Source: Acidimicrobiales bacterium
GTDB taxonomy: Bacteria > Actinomycetota > Acidimicrobiia > Acidimicrobiales > DASSOZ01
NCBI GenBank assembly: GCA_035700105.1
Contig: DASSOZ010000029.1
Span: 13,605 to 77,604 of the forward strand
Reading direction: 5' to 3'
DNA: 64,000 bases
Both the position numbers and the translations under genes were made by a program. How positions within the stretch are numbered: the first letter of the stretch is position 1; every line of letters begins with the position of its first letter. Positions 42,853 through 51,093 of the stretch are shown here, piece after piece. Under the pieces are notes generated by a model, which was not told the origin of the DNA, ran no database searches, and was given only the letters and a program-made list of their open reading frames with translations.

Positions 42853-43446
42853 ATGGCCACGCACACCGACGACCTGCCCGACCCCGCGCTGTTCTGGCGA
42901 TGGGTCGGCCGGGCGACCCGACCGGTCGTGGGCTGGGTCCTCACCGGCATCGGCGCGCTCGCGCTGCTGATCGGCTACCTCGGCATCAGCCGCGAAGCCA
43001 TCGTCGCCAAGCAGATCCCGTACCTCATCTCCGGCGGGATCGGCGGCCTGGCGCTGCTGATCATCGGTGCGGTGTTCCTCGGGACGGAGGACGTGCGTCG
43101 CGACGCCGCCCGCCTCGACCGGCTCGAGACCATGGTCGAGCAGTTGCACGCCGCGCTGCTGGTCGCCGACCCGTCGACGCCGCCGCTCGCGTCCGACCTC
43201 ACCGACTTCTCGTCGCCATCCCGACCCGAGCGGCCCGACGCCGTCGAGAGCTCCGTCGAGGGGGCCGTGTCGACGAACGGGGCCGGCACCGGCGTCGTCG
43301 TCCTGCCGCAGGGGCGCAGCTTCCACCGCGCCGACTGCCCCATGGTCGAGGGCAAGCCGAAGGCGCAGGCGGTCCCGGCGGACCGGGCGACCTCACGCGG
43401 CCTCGTGCCGTGCCGGTTGTGCGAGCCGCACGTCGCCGGCGTCTAG
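42853..43446 (+). CDS. two-TM membrane protein with C-terminal Ada-like zinc-binding motif
   Basis: 197 aa. AGGAG SD lies 10 nt upstream. Two TM helices (VVGWVLTGIGALALLIGYL and ISGGIGGLALLIIGAVFL), a coiled segment, then FHRADC-x24-PCRLCEP. Confidence 0.6.
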   Translation: MATHTDDLPDPALFWRWVGRATRPVVGWVLTGIGALALLIGYLGISREAIVAKQIPYLISGGIGGLALLIIGAVFLGTEDVRRDAARLDRLETMVEQLHAALLVADPSTPPLASDLTDFSSPSRPERPDAVESSVEGAVSTNGAGTGVVVLPQGRSFHRADCPMVEGKPKAQAVPADRATSRGLVPCRLCEPHVAGV

Positions 43447-43481
43447 TGGCCCGTCTCGCACGTTCCAGTGGCGTCTCGCCG

Positions 43482-43570
43482 GCTGTCGACGCCGATGGCT
43501 GCGTTCCGACTCCTCGCGGTGGGGCAAGGCCAGCGCGTCGTCGCCGCGCCTTGCCCTCGACGCCGACAGC
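43482..43570 (+). other. structured leader candidate upstream of the LIV permease gene
   Basis: Inner perfect 9-bp stem GGGCAAGGC-N17-GCCTTGCCC (43522-43556), enclosed by 12/14 pairing of GCTGTCGACGCCGA (43482-43495) with TCGACGCCGACAGC (43557-43570). Confidence 0.35.
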
Positions 43571-43612
43571 CCGGCGATCCATCCACATGACGTACGAAAC
43601 GGACCACTCGTC

Positions 43613-45622
43613 GTGTTCTACCTGCAGCTGATCCTCGCCGGCATCGCCACCGGCTGCATCTACTCGCTCGCCGGCATGGGCGTCGTGTTGACGTACAACG
43701 CCACGGGCGTGTTCAACTTCGCCCACGGCGCCATCGCCACGTTCGTCGCCTACACGCTGTGGCAGCTGAACGCCGGGTGGGGCGTGCCGCTCGCGATCGC
43801 CGCGCCGATCAGCCTCGTCGTCATCGGCCCCGGCCTGGGCTTCCTGCTCGAGCGTGTCGTGTTCCGCCCGCTCGCCCGACGGGGCGCGGGGACGTCGGAG
43901 AAACTCGTCGCCACACTCGGCATCTTCGTCCTGCTCCTCGGCGTCACGTACGTGATCTGGACCGGCAACGTCCGCCAGGGGCCGCGCCTCATCAGCAGCC
44001 GCCCGCTCGAGCTCGCCAGCGGGTTGCGCATCGGACTCGACCAGCTCGTCGTCGTTCTCCTCGCCGTCGTCCTCTCGGTGCTCGTGTGGTGGCTGTTCCG
44101 CCGCACCCGCCTCGGATGTGACATCCGCGCCGTGGTCGACCGCCGCGAGCTCGCGGAGCTCGCCGCCGTCGACTCCGACCGCGTCGCCGCCATCGCGTGG
44201 GCGATCGGATGCGGCTTCGCCGGGCTGACCGGCGTGCTCTTCGCGCAGAACGGCCTCGATCCGTACCACCTGACGCTGCTCGTGGTGGAGACGTTCTCGA
44301 TCGCCGTCGTCGCCCGGCTCACCTCGCTGCCGATGGCGCTCGCCGCCGGCGTGCTGCTGCTCGGTGTCGGCCACAGCCTGCTCACGCAGTTCAACCCGTT
44401 CGCCGGCAGCACGGCCGGGCGCATCGTCGCCGAGCTCAAGCCGAACCTCTCGGTCGTCATCCTGTTCGCCGCGCTCGTGCTGTACCGGCGCCTCGACGTC
44501 GTCGGCGAGGACGGTGACGGCGGGCTCGGGCGCATCGGGCGCGGACGTCGCTCGCGCCGGCGCAGCCCGTCGGGTGCGTCGCCGGCCACCGGCGCGCGGG
44601 CCGTCGTGCCGGCCCTCGTGGCGTTCGGATTCGTGGTCCTGCCGTTCTTCCTCAGCCGCACGACGTGGGCCTACGGTCACCGCCTGCCGGCGCTGGTGAT
44701 CGTGTTCGCGTCGATCGTCGCCGTGACCGGCTTCAGCGGGCAGATCAGCCTCGGGCAGGCGGCGTTCGCCGGCTTCGGCGCCTTCCTTTCCGCCCGGCTG
44801 TCGAACACGTACGGGCTGCCGGTGGTGCTGACGATGCTGCTCGGCGGGCTCGGCGCGATCGTCCTCGGGTTGATCGCCGGGCTGCCGGCCGTCAAGCGGC
44901 GGGGGCTGTTCCTCGCGCTGACGACGCTCGCGCTCGGCCTGCTCGTCTACAGCCTGGTGTTCCAGTCGACGGTCTTCGCCGGCGGCGTCAACGGGCTGCG
45001 GGTGACGCGGCCGTCGCTGTTCGGCTGGTCGCTCGACGGGTCGTACGCGTTCTACTACTTCGAGCTCGCCGTGATGAGCGTCATGCTGCTGCTGGCGCGC
45101 AACCTGCGCAGCGGACGCCTCGGCCGCATCCTCGCCGCCATCCGTGACTCGGAGACGGCGGCGAAGTCGGTCGGCATCGACCTGCGCACGTACAAGCTCT
45201 TCATCTTCGCCGCGTCCGCGTTCATCGCCGGGATCGGCGGTGCGCTGCTGACGATGCAGTCCAAGGCGTTCTCGGCGTTCCAGTTCGAGCCGCTGCAGTC
45301 GTCGCTGCTGTGGTTCATGGTCGTGATCGTCGCCGGCGTCGACTCGATCGGCGGCGCCGTGCTCGGCGCGGGACTGTTCGTCATGCTCGACGTCGTCGTG
45401 AAGCAGGACGGCGTGTCGCAGCTCGTCATCGGTGCGATCGCGCTCACGCTCGGGCGTCTCCCCGGCGGGAACCTGCTCGGTCTGCTGCGGTCGATCGGCG
45501 ACGGCGCGGTGCGGCGGCTCGAGCGGGTGTTCGTCGACGCGGCCGGGTCGCGAGAACGCGCGCCGGCGCCGACCTTCCGGCCCAGTCCGCTCGCGCTCGA
45601 CCTCATGGAGCGATCCCGATGA
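43613..45622 (+). CDS. branched-chain-amino-acid-type ABC transporter, fused LivH-LivM permease
   Basis: One uninterrupted frame. The N-terminal half is LivH-like ([38 protein letters not shown]). An Arg-rich linker follows, then a LivM-like C-terminal half ([16 protein letters not shown]). GTG 43613 is the chosen start and is uncertain. Confidence 0.8.
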   Translation: MFYLQLILAGIATGCIYSLAGMGVVLTYNATGVFNFAHGAIATFVAYTLWQLNAGWGVPLAIAAPISLVVIGPGLGFLLERVVFRPLARRGAGTSEKLVATLGIFVLLLGVTYVIWTGNVRQGPRLISSRPLELASGLRIGLDQLVVVLLAVVLSVLVWWLFRRTRLGCDIRAVVDRRELAELAAVDSDRVAAIAWAIGCGFAGLTGVLFAQNGLDPYHLTLLVVETFSIAVVARLTSLPMALAAGVLLLGVGHSLLTQFNPFAGSTAGRIVAELKPNLSVVILFAALVLYRRLDVVGEDGDGGLGRIGRGRRSRRRSPSGASPATGARAVVPALVAFGFVVLPFFLSRTTWAYGHRLPALVIVFASIVAVTGFSGQISLGQAAFAGFGAFLSARLSNTYGLPVVLTMLLGGLGAIVLGLIAGLPAVKRRGLFLALTTLALGLLVYSLVFQSTVFAGGVNGLRVTRPSLFGWSLDGSYAFYYFELAVMSVMLLLARNLRSGRLGRILAAIRDSETAAKSVGIDLRTYKLFIFAASAFIAGIGGALLTMQSKAFSAFQFEPLQSSLLWFMVVIVAGVDSIGGAVLGAGLFVMLDVVVKQDGVSQLVIGAIALTLGRLPGGNLLGLLRSIGDGAVRRLERVFVDAAGSRERAPAPTFRPSPLALDLMERSR

Positions 45623-46377
45623 CGGTCCTCGAAGCGGTCGGGATCACGAAGCGCTTCGGTGGGCTGATCGCCGTGAGCGACGTCGCACTGCGCGTCCCCG
45701 GCGGCGAGATCACCTCGCTGATCGGGCCGAACGGCGCCGGCAAGACGACGACGTTCAACTGCCTGACGGGTCTGCTGTCGCCCGACGGCGGTCGGGTCCT
45801 GCTCGACGGGACCGACCTCGCCGGGCTCGACACGCACGAACGGGCGCGGCTCGGCATCGGGCGCACGTTCCAGCGCCTCGAGGTCTTCACCGGGATGACC
45901 GTGTTCGAGAACCTGCAGGTCGCGGCCGAGGCCGCGAACCCCGGAAAGGTGTTCGCCGGCGTGTTCCGGCTGCGCCATCCCGACGAGCCCGCCGTGGTGT
46001 CGCAGGTCGACGCCGTCCTCGACCGCCTCGGTCTCGCGTGGGCGCGTGACGAGGTCGCCGGCGACCTGCCGACGGGCGTGCTACGGCTGGTGGAGCTCGG
46101 CCGGGCGCTGTGCACGCGGCCGAAGGTGCTGCTGCTCGACGAGCCGGGCTCGGGGTTGGACTCCCGCGAGACCGAGCACTTCCAGCGGCTGCTGCTCGAC
46201 GTCGCCGGTGACGGTGTCGCGGTGTTGCTGATCGAGCACGACGTCGACCTCGTGATGGCGGTGTCGTCACGGATCTACGTCATGGACTTCGGCCGCTTGA
46301 TCGCCGAGGGCACGCCGTCGCAGATCGCGCGCGATGCCGCCGTGCGCGCTGCGTACCTCGGGTCGGAGGTGGCGTAG
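45619..46377 (+). CDS. livG: branched-chain-amino-acid-type ABC transporter ATP-binding protein
   Basis: Walker [10 protein letters not shown], the LivG-type [16 protein letters not shown], signature [15 protein letters not shown] and Walker B LLLDEP. ATGA overlap with the permease stop. Confidence 0.9.
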   Translation: MTVLEAVGITKRFGGLIAVSDVALRVPGGEITSLIGPNGAGKTTTFNCLTGLLSPDGGRVLLDGTDLAGLDTHERARLGIGRTFQRLEVFTGMTVFENLQVAAEAANPGKVFAGVFRLRHPDEPAVVSQVDAVLDRLGLAWARDEVAGDLPTGVLRLVELGRALCTRPKVLLLDEPGSGLDSRETEHFQRLLLDVAGDGVAVLLIEHDVDLVMAVSSRIYVMDFGRLIAEGTPSQIARDAAVRAAYLGSEVA

Positions 46378-47112
46378 GTGGCGTCGGCGCACGCGCTCGA
46401 GCTGTCGAGCGTCACCGCGGGCTACGGGAAGGTCGAGGTGCTGCACGACCTCTCGCTGTCGGTGCCGGCCGGGTCGGTCGTCGCGCTGATCGGTCCGAAC
46501 GGCGCGGGCAAGACGACCACGCTGCGGGCGCTCGCCGGGACCCTGCCGGTGTGGCGGGGGTCGATCTCGCTGGCCGGTCAGCGCATCGACGGGCTGCGTC
46601 CCGTCGACCGGGCACGGCGCGGGCTGACGCTGATCCCGGAAGGGCGCGGCATCTTCCCGGGCCTGTCGGTGCGGGACAACCTCGACCTGTCCGTGCGGGC
46701 CGACCGCTCCGCCCGTGAGTCGGTGCGCCGGGCGCGACTCGACGACGTCCTCGAGACGTTCCCCCGCCTGCGCGAGCGCCTCGACCAGCGGGCAGGGACG
46801 CTGTCCGGCGGCGAGCAGCAGATGCTCGCACTCAGCCGGGCGCTGCTCGCCGATCCGAAGGTCCTGCTGATGGACGAGCTGTCGATGGGGCTGGCGCCCA
46901 AGATCGTCGAGCAACTCTTCGAGACCGTCGGCGCGCTCAAGGCCCGCGGCCTCACGATCCTGCTGGTCGAGCAGTACCTGACGTACGCGCTGCGCTACGC
47001 CGACATCTGCTACGTGCTGTCGAAGGGCCGGGTGTCGTTCGTCGGCGAGCCCGCCGAGCTGCGCGACTCCGACGAGCTGTCGAGCAGTTACCTCGGCGCG
47101 TCGGCCGGCTGA
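46378..47112 (+). CDS. livF: branched-chain-amino-acid-type ABC transporter ATP-binding protein
   Basis: Walker [10 protein letters not shown], signature LSGGEQQMLA and Walker B LLMDELS. Starts directly after the livG stop. Confidence 0.9.
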   Translation: MASAHALELSSVTAGYGKVEVLHDLSLSVPAGSVVALIGPNGAGKTTTLRALAGTLPVWRGSISLAGQRIDGLRPVDRARRGLTLIPEGRGIFPGLSVRDNLDLSVRADRSARESVRRARLDDVLETFPRLRERLDQRAGTLSGGEQQMLALSRALLADPKVLLMDELSMGLAPKIVEQLFETVGALKARGLTILLVEQYLTYALRYADICYVLSKGRVSFVGEPAELRDSDELSSSYLGASAG

Positions 47113-47570
47113 GCGAGGCCGTCGACCACCTCGGCTCCCGGCAGGGCCGCGAGCGCGGTCGGCGCGACACGGATCTTCAGCGACCGGCTGCCGCCGCCGA
47201 CGACCACCGTCGGTCTCGACATGACGGCGGCGTCGATCCACAGCGGAAGGTCGTCGGGGAGCGCGAACGGCGTGACGCCGCCGATCATCATGCCGGTGAG
47301 GGCGGTCGTCTCGTCGGCAGACGCGAACGACGCCTTCTTCACGTCGAGACGGCGCCGGACGGCGCCGTTGACGTCGAGGCGCGTGGTCGCGAGCACGACG
47401 CACGCGACGTAGCGCCGCGGGTCGGTCTTGCCGACGACGACGATCGTGTTCGCCGAGTCGTCGGGCGCGACGCCGTAGCGCTCGCAGAACGCGGCGGTGT
47501 CGGCGAAGTCGGGATCGCAGTCGATGAGCTCGTGCTCGACGCCGGCGAGCGCGTCGACGACGGACTTCAT
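47088..47570 (-). CDS. YbaK/prolyl-tRNA-synthetase-associated editing-domain protein
   Basis: 160 aa from ATG 47570, with an ATGA overlap on the upstream gene. Contains the TGMMIGGVTPFALP motif. The ORF-track 260-aa entry is an over-extension. Confidence 0.75.
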   Translation of the reverse strand: MKSVVDALAGVEHELIDCDPDFADTAAFCERYGVAPDDSANTIVVVGKTDPRRYVACVVLATTRLDVNGAVRRRLDVKKASFASADETTALTGMMIGGVTPFALPDDLPLWIDAAVMSRPTVVVGGGSRSLKIRVAPTALAALPGAEVVDGLAQPADAPR

Positions 47571-48043
47571 CGGACGAGGTCGAGGAGGGGTTCGAGCTGG
47601 TCGGCGGGGACGAGGAACACGCGCGGGTCTCCCTTGCGCTGGACGTAGTAGCCGTGGCCGTCGAAGTTCACCTTGCCCACCAGGATCGTGCGGACACGGT
47701 TCGTGCCGCGGTAGGTGATCGTCGCCGCCGGCGCGTCGAGGCCGTACGACGCCAGCGGCTCCGGTGAGTCGAACAGCCGGCCGGTGAGCAGCGGCGACGC
47801 CTTCGAGAACATCGTCGTCGGGACCTCGGCGCGGCGCCCGTCCGCGCTCGTGACCGTGATCGACGTCCACGCCGACGCCCGCTCAGGCACCACGTTCGGC
47901 GGCACGGTGTCGCGCGTCGCCGCCGACCCGTCGCCTCCGGAACCGCATGCCGCCAGCACGACGGCGAGTGCGACGGCGAGTGCGACGGCGAGTGCGACGG
48001 CGGCGGCGCCCCCTCCGTGCTTTGTGTCAGTTCGGCCCGCCAT
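47567..48043 (-). CDS. DUF4340-like lipoprotein (fourth gene of the GldG/ABC-2 operon)
   Basis: Signal/lipobox region (VALA)n VVLAAC. The C-terminal LVGKVNFDGHGYYVQRKGDPRVFLV resembles DUF4340. I chose ATG 48043; GTG 48061 is the alternative. Confidence 0.6.
   Translation of the reverse strand: MAGRTDTKHGGGAAAVALAVALAVALAVVLAACGSGGDGSAATRDTVPPNVVPERASAWTSITVTSADGRRAEVPTTMFSKASPLLTGRLFDSPEPLASYGLDAPAATITYRGTNRVRTILVGKVNFDGHGYYVQRKGDPRVFLVPADQLEPLLDLVR
47961..47996 (-). repeat. 12-bp tandem repeat (ACGGCGAGTGCG)x3, coding for (VALA)n in the signal peptide
   Basis: Three exact tandem units read on the plus strand, with a degenerate fourth. Confidence 0.85.
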
Positions 48044-48068
48044 ACGCCCCCCAACTGACACAAAGCAC
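48017..48068 (-). other. perfect 16-bp stem with 20-nt loop containing the SD-like G6 run and the ATG of the DUF4340-like gene
   Basis: mRNA sense reads GUGCUUUGUGUCAGUU-GGGGGGCGUAUGGCGGGCCG-AACUGACACAAAGCAC. The arms were read as exact reverse complements (48017-48032 and 48053-48068). Confidence 0.7.
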
Positions 48069-48085
48069 CGGAGGGAGGGAGCCGG

Positions 48086-49453
48086 TCATGCGGGTTGGCG
48101 GCGGCGGCGCCAGACGAACGAGGCGACGCCGGCGAGCACGACGAGGCCGGGGACGAGCCCGACGGTCACGAACAGGGTCTCGCGCTGACGCTCGGCCGTC
48201 CACGGCAGCGGGCGCGACCCGGGCAGCCGGGTCGCGACGGTGAGCAGCTCCTCCTCCTGCGTGAGCCACGCCAGCGACCCGACCAGCAGCCGCCGGTTGC
48301 CGAGCCGGTCGAGCAACTGGTTCGTCGGCCACTCCGCCGAACCGGTGGCGACGACGCGCGTGCGGACGATCCCCGGGCGCGGCGTGCCCGACCCGACGCG
48401 CCGCTCGGCGCCCGCCTCGACGCGGCTGTCGTCGGCCGCCGCGGCCAGCACGACGGGGCCGGGAACGTCGCCCGCGTCACGGGAGAACCCGGCGTCGGGG
48501 GTCGACTCGATCCACGCCGCGGCGCTCGACACCGCCAGGCGCGACACCGTGAGACCCGACGGCGTCTCGTCCGCCGGCTGCGTGAGGAACCCGCCCGTCA
48601 CCGGCAGCTGGAGGCGGGGGATCCCGTCCATCACCGGGTTGGCGGTGGGGAAGTCCTCGGCGACGACGTCGGTCGGGTCCACCGACGCCGACCGGTCCGG
48701 GTCGGCCACCACCCCACCGAGGAACGTCATCCCGTACGGCTCGAGGAGCGGGTTGACGTTCGCCTCCGACAACGGCGACGCGAGCACGAGCACCTTCCCG
48801 GCCGCCCTCTCGTAGCGGACGAGCGCGTCGGTCTCGGCCGGCGTGAACGCCACCCGCGGGCCGGCGACCCATACGACCTCGCAGGACGACGGGACGTCGC
48901 CGCCGCGGGCCAGGTCGAGCGTCGCCGCCCTGTACGCGTTCTGCTCGAGCAGCGTCGCCACCTTCGACAGCCCGCTCGGCCCGTCGTCGTCGAGCGACGC
49001 CTCACCATGTCCTGTGGTGACGCAGACCGTCGGCGTGCGGGCCCGGAGCAACCGCAGGATGGCGGTCGCCAGGTCGGGCTCGGTGACCTGCGGCGCGTCC
49101 GCCCGGCGTCCCCGGTACTGCACGACGACGGTGGCGTACGAGGTGATGCCGAAGCGCCGCGCCTCGGACGGGCGCTCGTCGGGATCGACGATCTCGTAGT
49201 CGATGTGACGGTTGAGCTCGTGGAACCGGGCGAGCAGGAAGCGGGCGTCGCGCGCCGACCCGCCGGTGTCGTTCATGAACGCGGTGACCTTCAGGTGCTG
49301 GCGCACCGCCTTCACGACGGCTCGCGTCTCGGGCGACAGTGAGAACCGGCGGTTGGCGGACAGGTCGACCTGCGCCCGCGTCGACGCGGCGGCGACGTTG
49401 GCGACGACCAGCACCAACGCGATCACGGCACCGACGACCAGGCGACGCGTCAC
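48086..49453 (-). CDS. GldG-like ABC-type uncharacterized transport system auxiliary protein
   Basis: 455 aa with N- and C-terminal TM anchors and a large exported domain. Sits after an ABC-2 permease, as in gldA/F/G-type operons. Confidence 0.7.
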   Translation of the reverse strand: MTRRLVVGAVIALVLVVANVAAASTRAQVDLSANRRFSLSPETRAVVKAVRQHLKVTAFMNDTGGSARDARFLLARFHELNRHIDYEIVDPDERPSEARRFGITSYATVVVQYRGRRADAPQVTEPDLATAILRLLRARTPTVCVTTGHGEASLDDDGPSGLSKVATLLEQNAYRAATLDLARGGDVPSSCEVVWVAGPRVAFTPAETDALVRYERAAGKVLVLASPLSEANVNPLLEPYGMTFLGGVVADPDRSASVDPTDVVAEDFPTANPVMDGIPRLQLPVTGGFLTQPADETPSGLTVSRLAVSSAAAWIESTPDAGFSRDAGDVPGPVVLAAAADDSRVEAGAERRVGSGTPRPGIVRTRVVATGSAEWPTNQLLDRLGNRRLLVGSLAWLTQEEELLTVATRLPGSRPLPWTAERQRETLFVTVGLVPGLVVLAGVASFVWRRRRQPA

Positions 49454-50139
49454 CTGCGCGCCTCCACGATCGCGACGGCGGCGTACACGCCGACGACCGC
49501 GAGCGACACGAAGTACGCGACGTCACCGGCGGCGAGGGTCCCGCGCAGGAAGCCCGTGACGTGCGTCGAAGGTGACAGGTACCGCAGCACGGTCCGCACG
49601 GCACCGTCACCGAGCCCGTCGGCGATGCCCGCGCCGAACCAGAGCGCGAGCAGCAATCCCGCCGAGGCGGCCGCGGCGACGAGCTGGTTCGCAGTCGCCG
49701 CCGACGCGGCGAGTCCCACCGACAGGAACGCGACGCCGACCAGCACCAGGCCGACGTAGCCGGTGACGATCGGCCCCGCGTCCGGGTTGCCCATCCTCGC
49801 GACGAGCCACGGACAGACCAGCGTCCCGATGACGAGCAGCACGAACAGCGATACGACACCGAGCAACTTTCCGCCGACGACCTCTGCCGTCCGGACCGGC
49901 GACGTCAGCAAGAGCTCGAGGCTGCCGGCCCGCTCCTCGTCGGCCAGCGTCCGCATCGCCAGCAGCGGCGCGAGCACGCCGGTGGCGATGAACAGCCAGG
50001 CGAACCAGTCGTCGAGACGCGCCGCGCCGGCGCGCAGCGCGAGGACGAGCAACAGCCCGGCGAACGCGAGGAAGCCGGCGACGAGCCCGAAGCCGAACGC
50101 GGTCCCGAAGGCCGACCGCAGCTCCCGCCCGGCGATCAC
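49450..50139 (-). CDS. ABC-2 type transporter permease
   Basis: About six hydrophobic segments. The motif EERAGSLELLLTSPV is typical of GldF/ABC-2 permeases. Start GTG 50139 is uncertain. Confidence 0.7.
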   Translation of the reverse strand: MIAGRELRSAFGTAFGFGLVAGFLAFAGLLLVLALRAGAARLDDWFAWLFIATGVLAPLLAMRTLADEERAGSLELLLTSPVRTAEVVGGKLLGVVSLFVLLVIGTLVCPWLVARMGNPDAGPIVTGYVGLVLVGVAFLSVGLAASAATANQLVAAAASAGLLLALWFGAGIADGLGDGAVRTVLRYLSPSTHVTGFLRGTLAAGDVAYFVSLAVVGVYAAVAIVEARR

Positions 50140-50168
50140 CGCGACCCGGCGTGTCGACGCGAGCAGCG

Positions 50169-50894
50169 TCAGCCCCGCACGAGTTTCAGGTACGCCTCTT
50201 CGAGGCTGCCGGTACGCGTCGCGTCGGTGAGCGCGGCGATGTCGTCGACGGCGAGCACGCGGCCGTGGTCGAGCACGACGACCCGCCTGCACAGCTGCGT
50301 CACCTCGTTGAGCAGGTGGCTCGACAGCAGCACGGTCCGTGTCTTCGCCAGGCGGCCGATGAGCTTGCGCGTCTCGACGACCTGCTCGGGGTCGAGCCCC
50401 GCGGTCGGCTCGTCGAGCACGAGGACGGGCGGGTCGTGCACGAGCGCCTGCGCGAGTGCGACGCGCTGGCGGTACCCGCGCGACAGCGCGCCGACGAGTT
50501 GGTGCTCGACACCGCGCAATCCGGCCTGCGTGACGACGCGCTCGACACGATCGCTGCGGCCGTCGCGAGCGACGCCTCGCAGCTGCGCCCAGAACCGCAG
50601 GAACCGGTCGACGCGCATGTCCCGGTACAGCGCGCTCGCCTCCGGCACGTACCCGCACAGTCGCTTCGCGCCCACCGGATCGACCGAGGGGTCGACGTCG
50701 CCCACCAGCACCCGGCCCGACGTCGCCCGCAGGTAGCCCGTGAGCACCCGCATCGTCGTCGTCTTGCCGGCGCCGTTCGGACCGAGCAGACCGAGCACCT
50801 CGCCGGGCCGCACGTCGAACGTCACGTCCTCGATCGCCACCGCCCGCCCGAACCGCCGGGTGACGCCCTCGAGTTGGACGGCGACGCCGCTCAT
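50169..50894 (-). CDS. ABC transporter ATP-binding protein
   Basis: Walker [10 protein letters not shown], signature LSRGYRQRVALA and Walker B LVLDEPTAGLD. I chose ATG 50894; GTG 50936 is the alternative. Confidence 0.9.
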   Translation of the reverse strand: MSGVAVQLEGVTRRFGRAVAIEDVTFDVRPGEVLGLLGPNGAGKTTTMRVLTGYLRATSGRVLVGDVDPSVDPVGAKRLCGYVPEASALYRDMRVDRFLRFWAQLRGVARDGRSDRVERVVTQAGLRGVEHQLVGALSRGYRQRVALAQALVHDPPVLVLDEPTAGLDPEQVVETRKLIGRLAKTRTVLLSSHLLNEVTQLCRRVVVLDHGRVLAVDDIAALTDATRTGSLEEAYLKLVRG

Positions 50895-51093
50895 CGCGCC
50901 GAAGGGTAGGCCGCAGCCCTCGCGACCGAACGGCACGTGCGAGGTGCGACGAACTCGGTCGCTCGCGCGCGCGAGGGGGTGAGACGGTCCGCGGCCCCGT
51001 CGGTCGGGAGGGCCCCGCCGCCCGGAGCGCAGCGCAGGGTGGTGGGAGGGACCCGAGCCGACACCGTGGCGAAGGGCCGTCCGGGGGACCGCC

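Noticed and set aside
43587-43631. 14-codon uORF ([14 protein letters not shown]) overlapping the LIV permease start, as a possible leader peptide
   Set aside because: It has no enrichment of Leu, Ile or Val codons, no SD, and it depends on my uncertain choice of the permease start. The evidence is insufficient.
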